The translations under genes were made by a program, and so were the position numbers. Below are positions 50,001 to 62,542 of a stretch of 64,000 bases of DNA, piece after piece. The stretch lies in contig MU004187.1 of assembly GCA_010093605.1 (NCBI GenBank), positions 1,912,882-1,976,881 on the forward strand. The letters are read 5' to 3'. The notes beneath the pieces were generated by a model that saw only the letters and a list, made by a program, of their open reading frames with translations, was not told where the DNA came from and did not search any database. This DNA comes from Lophium mytilinum. Taxonomy: Eukaryota. Within the stretch, counting starts at the first letter, position 1, and every line of letters begins with the position of its first letter.

Positions 50001-50573
50001 GGTGATCTCGACAGCTTGTGCGGTCCGGAGTTCTTCCTGCTGCTCTGGCGCAGATTGTGTGGCTTCGTCCTCAAGCGTATTGTCTTCGGCGGGTCCAGTG
50101 CTTGTGGAGTCGTTGTGGGTAGAGTCTTCGATGACCTGGGGCGTCGACGAAGTAGCAGTAGTCGGAGAGCTGTCAATAACGCGTCGGGCGCGCTGCTTCG
50201 ACTTGCCCTTGGCGGGAGCTTTCCGGGAGGCTTGCTTTTCAGCTTTTACTTGTTTCCACTCGGCGACGAGCTCCTCATTGGCGTTTGACTTCGGCTCCCA
50301 AGTGGGATCGTACTCTTCTCCAGTAACAGGGTTGTTCTCCCAAGCAATCAGGTATTTCCTCTTGTTCTCTTGGAGGATCGCACGAGCGGGACAGAGGTCT
50401 TCCTGAGAGTCGGCCGACGAGCTTGGCTGCGGGTCGGCGAGAGCTGCTGGCGTTTCGGTCGGAGCAGCCTTCCCGGAGTCGGCTCGGGCTTTCTTGGGCG
50501 CAGGTTTGGTAATGGAAGTTGAAGATGCACGCTTCCGTTTGTTGGTATCTGATGATGGCTTGGGAGGCGACAT
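47049..50573 (-). CDS. Chromo-like domain protein with a putative HDA2/3-like middle domain and C-terminal coiled coil (1174 aa)
   Basis: N-terminal AILQENKRKYLIAWE..YDPTWEPKSNANEELVAEW; S/T-rich linker; EYIVPL..QKSHY..SAKFKFLDYLLKALK region; long heptad C-terminus. The CDS is secure, the domain names less so. Confidence 0.75.
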   Translation of the reverse strand: MSPPKPSSDTNKRKRASSTSITKPAPKKARADSGKAAPTETPAALADPQPSSSADSQEDLCPARAILQENKRKYLIAWENNPVTGEEYDPTWEPKSNANEELVAEWKQVKAEKQASRKAPAKGKSKQRARRVIDSSPTTATSSTPQVIEDSTHNDSTSTGPAEDNTLEDEATQSAPEQQEELRTAQAVEITRPAGFDPAEYDRFSTQQTVLNNSSSPAGTSQIAGSSVENGSVGDPTTPQSAALSTPTRVEKERVIPDSQGPSDSYIVSTQTASQPEQPILSQPVQPTTGDALEEAVGAQENDGITRRDFAGISQAETVDSVGTPSRRTESPAQGSDHSFQPAQVVPASSYTSTAQDDSTDSIWPTTEVVQSTPLEHNSADHDVSPNSFAKSSQPSPRSSSSSAIPNTVRNGLAQQTSSFIVSPLLQRAVNPATVLRRRSDQDRDIADRIQRNIAKNRMEKAKRAQAEQDSIKQPNSPTFSGVPGTRSPSTIPDRAPIQTSHTSLRTTALTNSAMEMSPPARPVASAPAVVIPANSDSNVNARSLTIPQLDKGEYIVPLDLPGLQKSHYQELVRKFSEAAGSATQRSIDAFLADLHASELLIELASPADVWTPENLSDEKFPKYCSDISAKFKFLDYLLKALKEKPLHIVLVAIDLALDMLERFLKGKKVQYEYPSELRKSSPEDSEGKLLVTILSTEPDDNPVIRYTDMIICLDHTYNKDQVKKLRGNHVEDPNHITPIIHPVIVNSSEHVRYCIRSSVPASERTKILIDCTIQLQDKVGKLPEAFPNVKDPWNEAAAKELARFAVKCAPGNGITFVGWALPSIPPIKDYIRLEDSSPSSSSSMSTSPRQASTSLKRSLDVEASGGSKKMRVTPQPHDASNTGDVTRISDSISGFTQSPNMSHSSKTALEAIKAELDTVKNELLITHARLKSSEQRKSEVTQSLQDLTNRSEMDRSEIKDLKEQLRQASLTVDSLTAEKMRLKQRLEKTDEELATVTANFNTERTKNLTSVNSIVADNASLRAEVENIKAANVRLQKNYDSKVEEFEYLKDQYQSGTSTALEQAKQIERLEEEKSILERKSADVRLKMQAASQNKSNESLKKENESLKKKNGTLTGQYKALADKQKTLVDSQRAVGMGTRQTSVPRSPRVGANGGSRAASPLPGGRIKQLKNS

Positions 50574-51813
50574 TATGCGCGATTGGCGCGAGAGCGGCCT
50601 AAACTGGTAGAGAAATTCATGGTCAGAAAGAATTTGATTGACTTGAGGGGGAATGGAGGGAGAGCATGATAGAAATCGGGGGAGAGAGTGTGTATAGAGC
50701 GACGGCGAGGTGATACAGCGCGCATGTTGCTGCAGCTAACAAGCGCGCACGGGCCAGGGTTGGAGGCGTCGAGGGAGCAAGGATAGTGGAGCTCCTTGCA
50801 TCCAACCCGACCAGAAAAGAAATAGGAGCAGAAACTTACCCTGACGATAGGAAAGGATGTTGGAGATGCTCAAGAGCGTCGCAAATCGCGCTCGGCGATG
50901 ACGAGGCCGGTATCGAAGTCGAAGTCGAATTCGGATTGAACGATCCAGTCGTCCAGCAGTCGAACGTGTTTGCGAAAGAATGATGAAGATGAAGGAAGAG
51001 CGCTGAAGGAGAAGAAACAGAAAATTTGAGTAAGATGGTTCAATAGACGTGAGAAGAACAATAGGCGGCTACAATAGCAGGCCGCCGACAATAGCAAGCT
51101 CAGTTTATTGAGGAGGCTGGTGAAGATGGCCCGTGTCACCTTCCACGGCGCGCGAAATCCTTCCCAGTAACCAGTCCGGACAGTATAGAACCGGTATTAA
51201 TGCCGGAAATCAATGGTTAAATACTCGTAGTGAAGTTAGATAGATGGACGAGAAGGGCGACACGCCGCATTATGAGGAGAAATATCTTGTTCCTCACTGG
51301 GTGACACGTCCCTCGTAGGATGTCACACTGGAGCTTCAGTCCACAGACTCTGCTCTTATGCAGCTTCTCTAGAGTACTCTGAGAGCAAGAGTGTCCTAAT
51401 TTACACCTTGTCGCTGGAAGTAGGTAGTAGGTGGTAGTTAGTAAGCTGTAGGTCATCTCGAGGCTACTGTACGCCGTTTGGAGTGCCTTGGTGTATTGCA
51501 AAACCTTCATGAAAAGTGAGCTCATCATCGCTGCCGTCAGCGTATCTAGCTAGAGAATGCTAGGCCAATTTCTCAAGTATCCGCTTTATAAGAAACCTAC
51601 GTATCCATAGCGCTCTAGAGTCATGCAGAAGCACGCACTAAACGATGGCAAGCAACGGCAATGGAGGCAACGTCTTCGCATTGAATCGAGGCAAGTGACT
51701 TTTTCATAGACTACATGTACCATTCCACCTTGGCAGCTATTGTCAATCTCATTCTGCAGATCCTTTTCTTCTCGAAGCCATATGAGCTCCTCCGAGCGCG
51801 TACCCCTTCCACC

Positions 51814-52959
51814 CTACTTGTTCTCCCCCTTCTTAAATCGCTCCTCACGTTCTTCCTCTCTCTTCCGCTCCAGCTCCCTGACCTTCTCAGGAGGACTATC
51901 CTCTATCAAATCACTCTCATTGTTGATTCCAGTCCACTTTGGCAGGCCGTCAGGAATATCCATAACGCGCTGATCATAAAACATATGACATCTACGACGA
52001 ATTCTTAGTGACCCAGGCCCAAAGCTGAGGGACGAACGTTTGGCCATAGTCTAGTCAACTCACCTTGGCTTGAATAGCTCCCTATCCTCCTTGCTCTTGA
52101 AATTGACCAAAGACGGGAAGAGCAGAATCATATTCCGACCCTCGTCCATGATCGGAGAGTGGCAGAAAGAGCAGCGCACTTTACAGGGCAGCTTGTGCTC
52201 TATTGATTTCGCGGTTGGGTCATACCACTCCAGGTCGTGGTGACCTTGCAGAAAGTTGATATCCTGTAGTAATTGATGTAAGTCCCGACAGGAGTACAGA
52301 TAACGGGCTCAAGAACCTACTTCTTTGTGGAAAATTGCAGCCCATTGGAACGGCGCGGCGTGTTGGCGCTGGCACTGTAACACATAGATGGGTCAGAATA
52401 CTTCTTCAAGAGAATAGTACCTCGTGTCAAGTCTGTCTACGCTTCTCTGAAGCAGCTTAGGGTCCTTTGGCAAGTTCACTTTTTTTTTTGAGCTGATACT
52501 TCATAAGATAAATGGGCTTTGTGAGCCTAGCTAGGCTTCAGGCCATCTCGAATGGTGATTTTCGTTGAACACCGGGTTTGGAAAAGGCATCAAAGCACGT
52601 GACGAATCGCAAAGAAATATACACACGCAACGAACGAATGAGCATCTTCAACTTACAGTACTGCAATGACAAAGCTTCGAATCCAAAGGCTCCTGGCGCG
52701 AGAGCTCGTACTTTACCTTCCCACAATGGCAATTGGCGTCATACAGGGCTTTGAAGTCCTCTCCCTTGTCATGGACCTTATACGGTGCTTTCTTCTTCCA
52801 CTCATTGATCCCAGAGGTCGACTCGCCGTCTGCCTGTTGGGCGTCCATCTTTGGCCTGAACGTAGAAAATGGACTCTTGAACAAAGCCGCAGTAGTTGCT
52901 CTCGCTTCGAAATGTCGTGATAAAGTCGTCAATCTAGGTAGCGCAATCCTCGCGGCCAT
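51814..52959 (-). CDS. GFA/Mss4-like (CENP-V family) zinc-binding protein
   Basis: CHCGKV, CHCST|CQRQHAAPF, RCSFCHSP and CHMFY..DGLPKW motifs over four exons; Arg-rich N-terminus resembles a mitochondrial presequence; alternative ATG near 52848. Confidence 0.88.
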
Positions 52960-53288
52960 AAGGCGTGTTCGTTTCGTTAAGAGGCAACAAGATCGAGAAT
53001 CCTCTGAAGAACAGCAGACGTTGTTGGTGCTCGCTCGGTAGATATTGCCAGACTATCTACCTAAAACCTTCTAGGATCAATGCATCACTTCATCACTCGC
53101 AACTCAATTACGTCACCATGACTTTGATGAACGCGGACAAGCTGTCATTCAACGACTAGCTTCCACCATCGCGAGCAAAAAGTCATGCAAGGCCACTTCT
53201 TAGTCAAAACGCCTGCAATGCCGTGTGCCCAGCCAAAACATGCACCAAGCGTCTTTCCCCGCAATGCCTAATCCTCAGTGCCTATTCG

Positions 53289-56200
53289 TTACTTCTTCAA
53301 CAGCTTCTGCGCCTCTTTAGGAGATAGGCCAAACACGTTAGTGAGGTAATCGAGCCTAAGATCCACGCGCATTAGTGTCCGCAGCTTAATCGCAGTCGCT
53401 AGTGCCCTTTCATGGGGCGGTGGAGGTCTTGGCACTTACTTGATGTCGTTTGCGATGCGGCGTTTAACATCCTCAAATTCATCCTCGCAACGACCGCGTG
53501 TCGCTATTCGCATTTTTGGCGATATAGTCTTGACGCGGACCTTGAATCTGCCACTGACAGGTCGGTGGTCAGACACTCTCACTTCGTGCCGCTGGTAGTC
53601 CACCTGCTTTATGCGCCCAAGTCCACGGTAGAGCAGTCTATCGCACCACGCAGGCGATCGCTTCTTCTCACTCGAGTCGTAATTGTTTGTTCCCACATCA
53701 TACTTGTAAGTAGGTGCGAACGTGATGGGTGCTTCGTTGAACGCGCGTAGCCTGAAGCCAGGATTCCTCTTTCTTGACAGAAGCAATTGGTCTCGCTCGA
53801 GGAGCTTGGCCAAGTTGTTGGCTTCGACTGCCGCAATCACCGTGTTACGGGGCATTGTGTCAATCCGATAGTTCAGATCTCCGTTCAAAATGCAGACCTC
53901 ATGATCGAGAATCATAGATCCGTCGCCGCCACCCACGAACAGGTCTGTCCTCCCGGCTGGGTCAAGTCGAGCAGGTAGAGCCTCTGCCTCCATTATCGCG
54001 GCAATGTCGTTGTTACGATGCATAGTCTGCGTTTGTCCAGCCGCTAAATGACAATTGATGAAGCAAATTGAGCTGTCATCAATCACGAATCGCACAATGA
54101 GAGCGCCCTACCTCTTGATTAGATGGGAAGGAACACTTTGGATAGAAATCACGAGACATACCTTGTTCCCATGCAATCCGCCCATGCCCAACTTCACTTG
54201 GGCGGCACTCACATCGCGGATTGATTGCCTCATTGATGCTTTGACAAAAACACAGGTAAAGAGGCCGACCAGGTTCGCTGTGTGCAATAGGAAATATGGC
54301 TCCGATGGCAATATGTCTTCGATGGTTCGGACAAGATGATCTCTCCACGCACGATATTGGTGGCTCATGTGCTCTTGGTCCGGCGCGTCCTTCTTCTTAC
54401 CTTTCTTGAAGAAGCTCCCTACAACAGTCAATACCCGTACACTACGCCAAAAAGCCCGAGACAACTTACTCGCTGTGACTTTCTTGTCTTCCAAATCCAC
54501 AAGTTCCTGGAATCCAAAAACAAGGATATCTGAGGGATTCTGAGGCTTTAGAAGATCTCGGAAGAAATTGCCGTCTCGTTCATCTTGTCGTAACGCTGTT
54601 GGTTTCGAGGCACCGGCGTTCCAAGTCATTACCGTAGCAGTAACCTCACGGAATTCGCAGAAATCAGAGTCATGCTCCTGCATTTGAGATTCTGCAAAGA
54701 GAGACGCATTAGCACTGTGGATTAGCTTCTCGAGGAAATATTGAAAGGCCTACCTAGCCAGTCGTCCTTTAGCATTCCATCCCATAGCCGTAGCATGTTG
54801 TCTGTGCCTAGAGAAGCCACTTGTAATCGATCAAGTTTCCAAATACTCGTGCGATCGACAGCAATACCGGCAATGGGATTGCTATGTGCATGCCAATCCT
54901 TTTTCACCTTCCATGGATTGCTTTGTGTGTCGTAAACGTAAATCATCCCTGTAATGTATCCAGCCCAAAGGTGATCGCCTACTCCCACGAGGGAGCTAAT
55001 CTTGTAAACGCTAACATTAACAACGCCCAAGCACGCAAAGTCTTTTTTGGCGTAGATGGTGACTTTGCCATCATTGTGTCCAAAGTATATCCTGTCCGGC
55101 TGGCTGCTAATAATGGCCCCCGACGTGACCTCGCCGACGTTAGGCTGCGAGAGGGGCTTTTGAAGAACTTGAAGGAAAGAGTTACTGTCATTACTTCGTT
55201 GGAAAATACGTATGTCTTTTCCGGTGGCTATCCAGAGTTGCATTCCAGTAATGATGGAGAACGTATGACCTTTCGGCACCCTGAAGCTGTTTGGAGTCTG
55301 TGCAAGACTCGGTGAGCCTTTTTCGTCTGGTGGCCAAATGTGAATCCTTCCATCGTCGTCCAACGACCACATCTCGGCAGCGTATCTATAGATTCTGATG
55401 ATCGCACACCTAGGGTGAGCGTTTCCTTTTGTTTGCACCACAGAATGACTCGGAATGTCAACTTCATGTATCTCGCCAATATTAGTTCCCAGCCACATTC
55501 GCTTTCCTTCGTCTTCGACGTCTTTGACTGGCCGAAACGATATAGCTGTGACCTTTACGGTATCCCCATGGCTTAGACTCATCAAGAGCTCCCCGGTCAA
55601 CAAGCTCCAAACGCGTGTGACGTAACCAGTTGTACATATGTACTCTCCACAAACAGCGAACAGCTTCGTCTCGTACTTCGTTGGTATCTCGAGTATGCTT
55701 TGCGCAAATACTGGTGGTCGTCGATTTGCCTGTGATGAGTCCGGGTAATCTGTCAAACTAGAACCGCCCTTCTCAGGTGATGGATCTGTTTCATCGGAGT
55801 CATCCACATAAGCCTCGACCTGAGCAGCCTGTTTCACCTGAGCCAACGGTGGCCTTCTCATGTCAGCTGAGGGTCGAGGGGGCACGGATCGAGAATTGTT
55901 GCCAAAATTGGCGGAACTGCTTTGAGGACCAAAGGTCTGTGTTCGCTTCGGAGGGGGTAAAAATCTCGAAGTTGTATCCGTCGAGGGCGCTGTAGGGCGA
56001 AACTGATCCATGGACCTCCGCACGGGAGGCTCTGGTGGAGCTTGTGGCCTCGATAGAGACATACTCGACCGATAATCAGCGGTTTCTCGCCGGGGAGGAA
56101 GGTAGGGACGGTCTTCCGGTAGATCGCTGGCTAATTGAGTACGGATGTTGGAAGCGTGCTTGGATGGTTGAAAACCTAGCGATCTTGCATCAGGGGTCCG

Positions 56201-57237
56201 ATTCCTCTCTACCACAGAGCGCTGCTTAGATGGTGGCGTGAAGTATCCGTCACGGCTTGATGGGACGTCTTGGGCAGCCGAGCTGCGAGGTTTTGCTTGG
56301 TTTGGAATAGTCGGAGGGGAAAGGTCGTCGATCGGATTGCTTCCCTCACTACTTGGTGGCGTGCTAAATGGAGATACTCGCTCCCCTGGTGCGTCAGGAA
56401 GCTCAGGTGCCAAGGTTGACTTTGAGGCTATGTCTATAAATGCAGGAGGCTTCCCAGGTACTTTGGGTTTTGCTGACCGGTTGACAGGGGGAGGTAGTCC
56501 AGGACTTGGGGCCTGCGTTTGACTTCTTGAATTGATCCCCATATCAAGAGTGGACTGCTTGCGCGGATCCAATGTAGGTGTTGAAGTACTAGTCGATTGG
56601 AGAAATGGGGTCTGCTTAGCTTCAATGGCAGGTGTTGTAGATCGGCTTGGTATCCTGAAGTGACGAGCTCCATTAGATACGGGCGAACCAGATCGGGATC
56701 CAGGAGAATCCAAGCACAGTTGGGAAACATCTCGAGGCGGCGTTGGAGCATAGCCGTGAGAATCCGACGGTTTAGGAGGCGACCTAGGAGACTGAACCAA
56801 GACTTTTGGTGGTGACCTTGTTGGAGACCTCGGCGGAGAGAATGCCATCATCGAAGTGGGCCTTGGTTTTGGTCTGCTCAAAGGCGTACGTGGTGCTCTT
56901 GCGCTAGGTGTAAGAAGGCCTTGCTGGCTATTATCCGGCCTATTGGGCGACGAAGAGCGGGCAGCATTACTCCTAGGGATATCCAACGAGCTGCGTCCAT
57001 CAGCCCGTGACCTAACATCCTCCGACTGTTGCAATCGATCCACGGCGGCGGGCGAAGGTTGTCTTAACGAGGGTGTAGACGGGGTCGGAGGAGGCTTCTT
57101 CCCATTCAGCATATTCTCAAAATGGCTCCGGAGAGAGGAGACTGGCTTCTAAGGTAGCTGTGAGCTTCAATCGGGATGGGAGCGGAGGTCATGCTCACAA
57201 TGGAGGAGCCATCTGTGTTCTCCGGTGGAGGTTCCAT
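53289..57237 (-). CDS. Inositol polyphosphate 5-phosphatase with a Pro/Ser-rich N-terminus and WD-like region
   Basis: TWNAG, FGFQELV, GNKG, NCHLAAG, GDLNYR, PTYKYD, PAWCDR and SDHRPV motifs; first exon MEPPPENTDGSSI|KPVSSLRSHFE. Confidence 0.93.
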
Positions 57238-57825
57238 AGTGGCAGAGGCCTCTGGTCAGCCCACGCCTGGAGTTAGTTTATGAATGTGCACGCAGGAGGC
57301 GCTGGACAAGCCCATTGAGGCGGGGAGCTGGCTTTGGGCAATACGGGAAGCTCCAGCTTCATAGGACCGCGTAGATTTGAGTGATGTTTCCAGCTACCGG
57401 CAGTGTTACAAATAGAGAGGCCGGTATTCCCAAGGAGAGCGCCAACACGTTCAAGGTACGGAGTGGTTTCGTGAGCGAGCGATAGAGAGAGGCCCTTAGC
57501 GGAAGAATGTCTGGGTGTTTTGGACGCGCAGGCTGCCAAGGGCCGGATTGCTGGTGAGCAGGTAGAATGTGGAGGGCTGAGCTAGAGCAGCTATGTGTGA
57601 GAATGACGATAACAGTACCAGACCGCGGGTACCTAGGTGAAAGGTGGTTGTTTGGTGCCGGATGACGCTTGCGTGGCATACATTGGAGTTCTGAATCCTG
57701 AGGCTCACATCAATTCACGCCGCCGCCACTATCAGAATACGGGAGATCCATCCCCCGCACCACACCTGCAGGATTCAGGAACGCGTCCGAGACAGTCAAC
57801 AAACGCCGCCAGACAGCCCGCCGCC

Positions 57826-58429
57826 ATGTGGTAAGTTCTACATATCTCGCTGTTTCTAAGACCTCCGCTCATCATCGGGGACTTCGTATACTAACGCCTC
57901 GGCAGCAAACATATTCTGAACGCCCAAGTGTCCATCCGCTCGCCCTGCTGTACGTCCAGTTACCCTTCAAGTGGCATACTCCATTCTGACGACAAGCCCC
58001 AGGTCGCAAATGGTTCGACTGTGCGGAATGCCATGCCGAGACCCAAAAGCACCCCCTCATGCAGAGCTTCGACATGACCTTCGTGTGCAAGAAGTGCAAG
58101 AAGGCGTTCCGGAAGGATACACGAGAATTCGAAGACAGGTGCGCATGCCCAGTACACGATCCTTGGAGGAGGACATCATCTCATAGAACACAGTGACGAG
58201 TACTGCCCGCACTGCGACAACCACTTTGTGCTGGAGGCAAAAACTCCGAAGGCATCCCTCCAGGTCGAAAGCGAGGATGTGAGGGTAGATGCGCGGTAAG
58301 TCCAGCCCTCAGCACGCAGACGGACTGAAACTGATCGGATCCGCTAGCATGCTGAAAGACGACCGCGTTAAACTGGAAGAACAGCGGACCATATTTGACG
58401 TTAGAGACGCGGCAGACCGGCTAGGTTGA
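57826..58429 (+). CDS. CHY-type zinc-finger protein
   Basis: Five exons splice to MCKHILNAQVSIRSPCCRKWFDCAECH...CKKCKK...CPHCDNHF...DRLG*. Not captured by the ORF track. Confidence 0.88.
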
Positions 58430-58770
58430 ACGACTTTCATGGACAGCCTCAGGGAGGTTGTTGAAGATAAGGAAGCATTGCTGCAGGGTAGCTACGGAGG
58501 AAGCATCCAATACCACTTGAAGCGGATCATGAACGGCTTGTGCCATGTTCAAAAGCATGAATGCCTGGAAGCCAGCTGAGTGGCCGAGAGCGAACGGCGA
58601 GATCATTCAAAGTAGCTTAATTGACGCTAGCTGAAGCTGTAAATTCAAACAACCGCTCAATTGTGGGAGAGCAAGAGACTCTTTTGATACAGTACAGACC
58701 CAAGAAGGCTCCATTGATCCGGACGCCATGCTAGTTATGCAGGTCCTACTACCTACTGCAGCATCGCTAA

Positions 58771-59747
58771 CTACGAGCCTGAAGGTGCATCCCCAGCCGG
58801 ACGAGTGAGTATTGCGGCGGTGCCGGTGCCTGGCGTGCGGCCTGGTCTCCTGCTGGCTGCCTCCTCTTGCTTCTCCGTGTTGATACTCTCAACGTACTTC
58901 TCAATGTCCTCGACTGCCAGCATCTCCAGCGGCTTGCCTGGTGCCATGACCGCGATCTCGATATTCTTCGCTCCCGTCTGTACAACCTCAAGAAGCGACT
59001 TCACGGTCAGCTTGATAGTCTCCTCCCTGTCCATGTCTCCCTTGTGATTTCGCTCCAGGAATTCCCGCACCGTTTTGCTCGATCGTCCGATAGCATTTGC
59101 CTTCCTAGTCCCAAGTCAGTCCTACACATGATCAGGCCATACCACTTGTGACGTACCATGCCGAGTAAATTCCTGATGGCTCCGTTTGGTATAGGCGCGG
59201 GGTCTTGTCATTCGGGTCGAAGCCGACGATGAGCGTACTGATCCCGAATGGTCGAACACCACCGCTCTGGGTATATCTCTGTTGCACACCTGCGACGTAC
59301 TTGGTGATGTATTCGATCGACACTGGATCCTCGACAGTCAATCGGTGGGACTGCGCTTCTAACCGCGCCTTGTCGACGAGGATTCGTGCATCTGCGTTAA
59401 GGCCGGCGAAGGCGAGCGCAACGTGGGTGTCGACCAAGCATATTTTTGAGGGTGTGATCCTAGTGTCTTGCAGCTTCATGGCAGACCTCTTCTCGCATCC
59501 CAGCACGACGATGTCCTTGCCCTTCACTCCCACCGCACAGGTTCCTAGGGACGGTTACTAAGACTTCACCGCAACTCTGAAGGTGGTAGTACCTCGTTTG
59601 ACAGCTTCCAGAGCATACTCGACTTGGAAGACGTGGCCATCAGGGCTGAAGACTGTAGGCACCGATAGTATTAGCTTTTGAACTGTGTTGATATCCCAGA
59701 AAGCTTTCCAGCGTACCCGAAAGAGCTCGATCATATCCTGAAGCCAT
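58771..59747 (-). CDS. PRE6: 20S proteasome alpha-4 subunit
   Basis: [58 protein letters not shown]; four introns. Confidence 0.96.
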
Positions 59748-60236
59748 GGTGTGATGTGTGTCGCTGATGTGCTAGGTTGAGAGCAAGCTAGAGAATTACA
59801 GAATCGGCGGAGGAGGAAGACAGGTGTAGACGGTGAATAGCGCGGGTATATGAAGCTGGGGAGAGCTTCCGCGTCGTGTTAGCCTGGCCGCCAAGGACGT
59901 TGAACAGCGAGGGTATGAAAGAAAGGGCACTCTAAACTATTGAAATGAATTAGGTTTCGGGGAACTAGTCCATGCATCCCACCACGATACTGATCTCTCT
60001 ATTTTATCTCATTGCTTGACTTCAGTGATTTTGCTATTAGTTCTAGCGATTTGAGTCTTAGTCTTTGTCCTTGACCGTAGCCTGAGTCATTACACTAATT
60101 AATTCTACTAAATTCCCCCACTCTAGGATAAATACACCACTTTTTGCGTGATCGCCGCTCCGCGGCGGCTTCCTTTCGAGACGAGAGATTAAGTTCTCCT
60201 CTGTCCCCTCCCTCAGTTTCGCTGTTACTGTCCGTC

Positions 60237-62055
60237 ATGGCGAGCGTGTCAAGATTCTCATTGCCATTGCGGCGCTTGAGATGCTCTTCCGCCACCTCTC
60301 AGAAAACAAGTCGTTTACGGCCTGCAGCTCAAGTACGATGGACGACAGCTTCGACAGAACCTCACCAGGCAGACAAGAGTGGTGGGACGAAAGGAGCGTC
60401 AGCGCCTGCTAAGGTCGTCAAGTTCACCTCAGAGACGTACGAGCGTCAGGGAATCGTTCAATCAGTGACATTGTACTAATGTTATTGCAGGTATCCAGAG
60501 CTTAAACGAGACTCGAAATACTCTCAAATCACCCCCGAACATGTGCGATTCTTCCAGGAGCTTCTCGGATCAGGATCTGCCGTTATAGATGGCCTCTCTA
60601 CAGATGCAACAGATGACATCGAGCCGTTCAATAGCGATTGGATGCGCAAGTACCGCGGTCACTCCAAAGTGGTTCTCAAACCAGGGTCTACCGAGGAAGT
60701 CAGTAAAATACTCAAATACTGCAATAATAATATGCTGGCTGTTGTACCTCAAGGGGGCAATACTGGTCTCGTTGGAGGATCTGTTCCAGTGTTTGACGAG
60801 ATTGTCATAAACCTACAGCGCATGACCAACATTCGATCATTCGATGAGGTATCTGGAATCTTGGTCGCCGATGCCGGAGTTGTTTTGGAGATCGCGGATA
60901 ATTTCCTCGCTGAGAAGAATCATATATTCCCCTTGGACCTCGGCGCAAAAGGCTCTTGTCAAATCGGAGGGAATGTAGCTACCAACGCAGGAGGGCTTCG
61001 GCTTCTACGCTATGGAAGTCTTCACGGAAACGTTTTGGGCATTGAGGCCGTCTTGCCCGACGGCACCATAGTGGACGACCTAATAAAGCTACGAAAGAAC
61101 AACACAGGCTACGACATCAAGCAGCTTTTTATCGGAGGCGAAGGCACCATTGGCATAATCACTGCGATATCCATTTTGTGCCCTCAGAGGTCCTCAGCCC
61201 TAAATGTTGCTTATTTCGGCCTCGAGAGCTATGAAAAATGTCAGCAAGCGTTCCGTGAAGCAAAGTCTCAGCTTTCCGAGATCCTATCTGCTTTTGAACT
61301 CATGGACGGCCGAAGTCAGAAGCTGTTGAACAGAGCAACTGGTAGGAAACTGCCACTGGAAGGAGAACATCCATTCTATTGCTTGATTGAAACAAGCGGG
61401 TCAAATAGTGACCATGATTCCGAGGTGCGTGTTGAATGATCTTGAGACTGACCTTTGCTCATTGCTCATTGCTCGAATAGAAACTTACAAATTTCCTCGA
61501 ACATGTCATGGAGTCAGAGATTGTGTCCGACGGCGTACTAGCGCAAGATCAAACACAAATCCGAGACCTCTGGTCCTGTCGCGAAGGCATTCCCGAGTGC
61601 CTCGGTCACTGGGGAGGCGTGTACAAATACGATTTGTCTATTCCCATCTCTTCGATGTATGAGATCGTCAATGACGTCCGCGATCGAATGACGGAAGCCG
61701 GCCTCATTGGAGACGATGATGCCCATCCCGTTGTCGATGTAGTCGGGTACGGACACATGGGGGATTCAAACGTCCATTTGAATATACCCGTACGAAGATA
61801 TGACAAGAAAGTCGAAAAAGCATTGGAGCCATTTGTATATGAATGGGTACAAGGAAAGTACGGTAGTATCAGTGCTGAGCACGGACTCGGCATTCAAAAG
61901 AAGCCTTACATTGGGTACAGCCGGAGTGACACCATGATCAAGCTCATGAAGCAGATCAAGGATCTCTATGATCCGGTAAGCACAATCTTTGAAAAGGCGA
62001 AGCCATCGCTAATGTTGACTAGAATGGGATCATGAACCCTTACAAGTATCTATAA
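60237..62055 (+). CDS. DLD2: FAD-linked D-2-hydroxyglutarate/D-lactate dehydrogenase, mitochondrial
   Basis: PQGGNTGLVGGSVP, DLGAKGSCQIGGNVATNAGG, GHMGDSNVH, SAEHGLG and DP|NGIMNPYK motifs; N-terminal presequence; three introns. Confidence 0.93.
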
Positions 62056-62542
62056 AAGTGCATCAGGCAGGCCACTTATCACAATTGAGGGTTCTGTATG
62101 CATTCATCCGCCAATATAATACTTCTCAGTTCTCTGGTAACGTCACCTGTTCTGCTTCCTCTTCCTAAGCCATCTGCGTTGACACGCCCACTACTTTTGA
62201 CGCTTCTTACGTTCAGGCATCTTGTGAGGCTAGAGGCTGGTATCCGTTATCCCGTTGAGAAATTCAACACCTGTGCGTGCGCCGGTATTGTCGCCATTTC
62301 TCCTATTTTTGTGACTCTTGCGTGGAAGAGGTAGGATTCGGAGTAGAAGCTACCGAATCCTAAAGACCGCTGCGAAGACCTCCAAGGTGTCCTTTCTTCT
62401 CGGTGTCCGTGGCAAGAATTTAAGCAAATTTGCTTTAAAAGTAGGTAGTGTTCTATTGCAACTAACTTCAAATAACCGTCAAAGACCACAATGCTCCTAT
62501 GTATGATTGTTCTTACATGCAGGTTAAAAGCTGATCCTATTT

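Noticed and set aside
52375..52656. Possible intronic TPP riboswitch
   Set aside because: The conserved CUGAGA and GAUAA/CCAGCG core elements are absent and the host gene is unrelated to thiamine.
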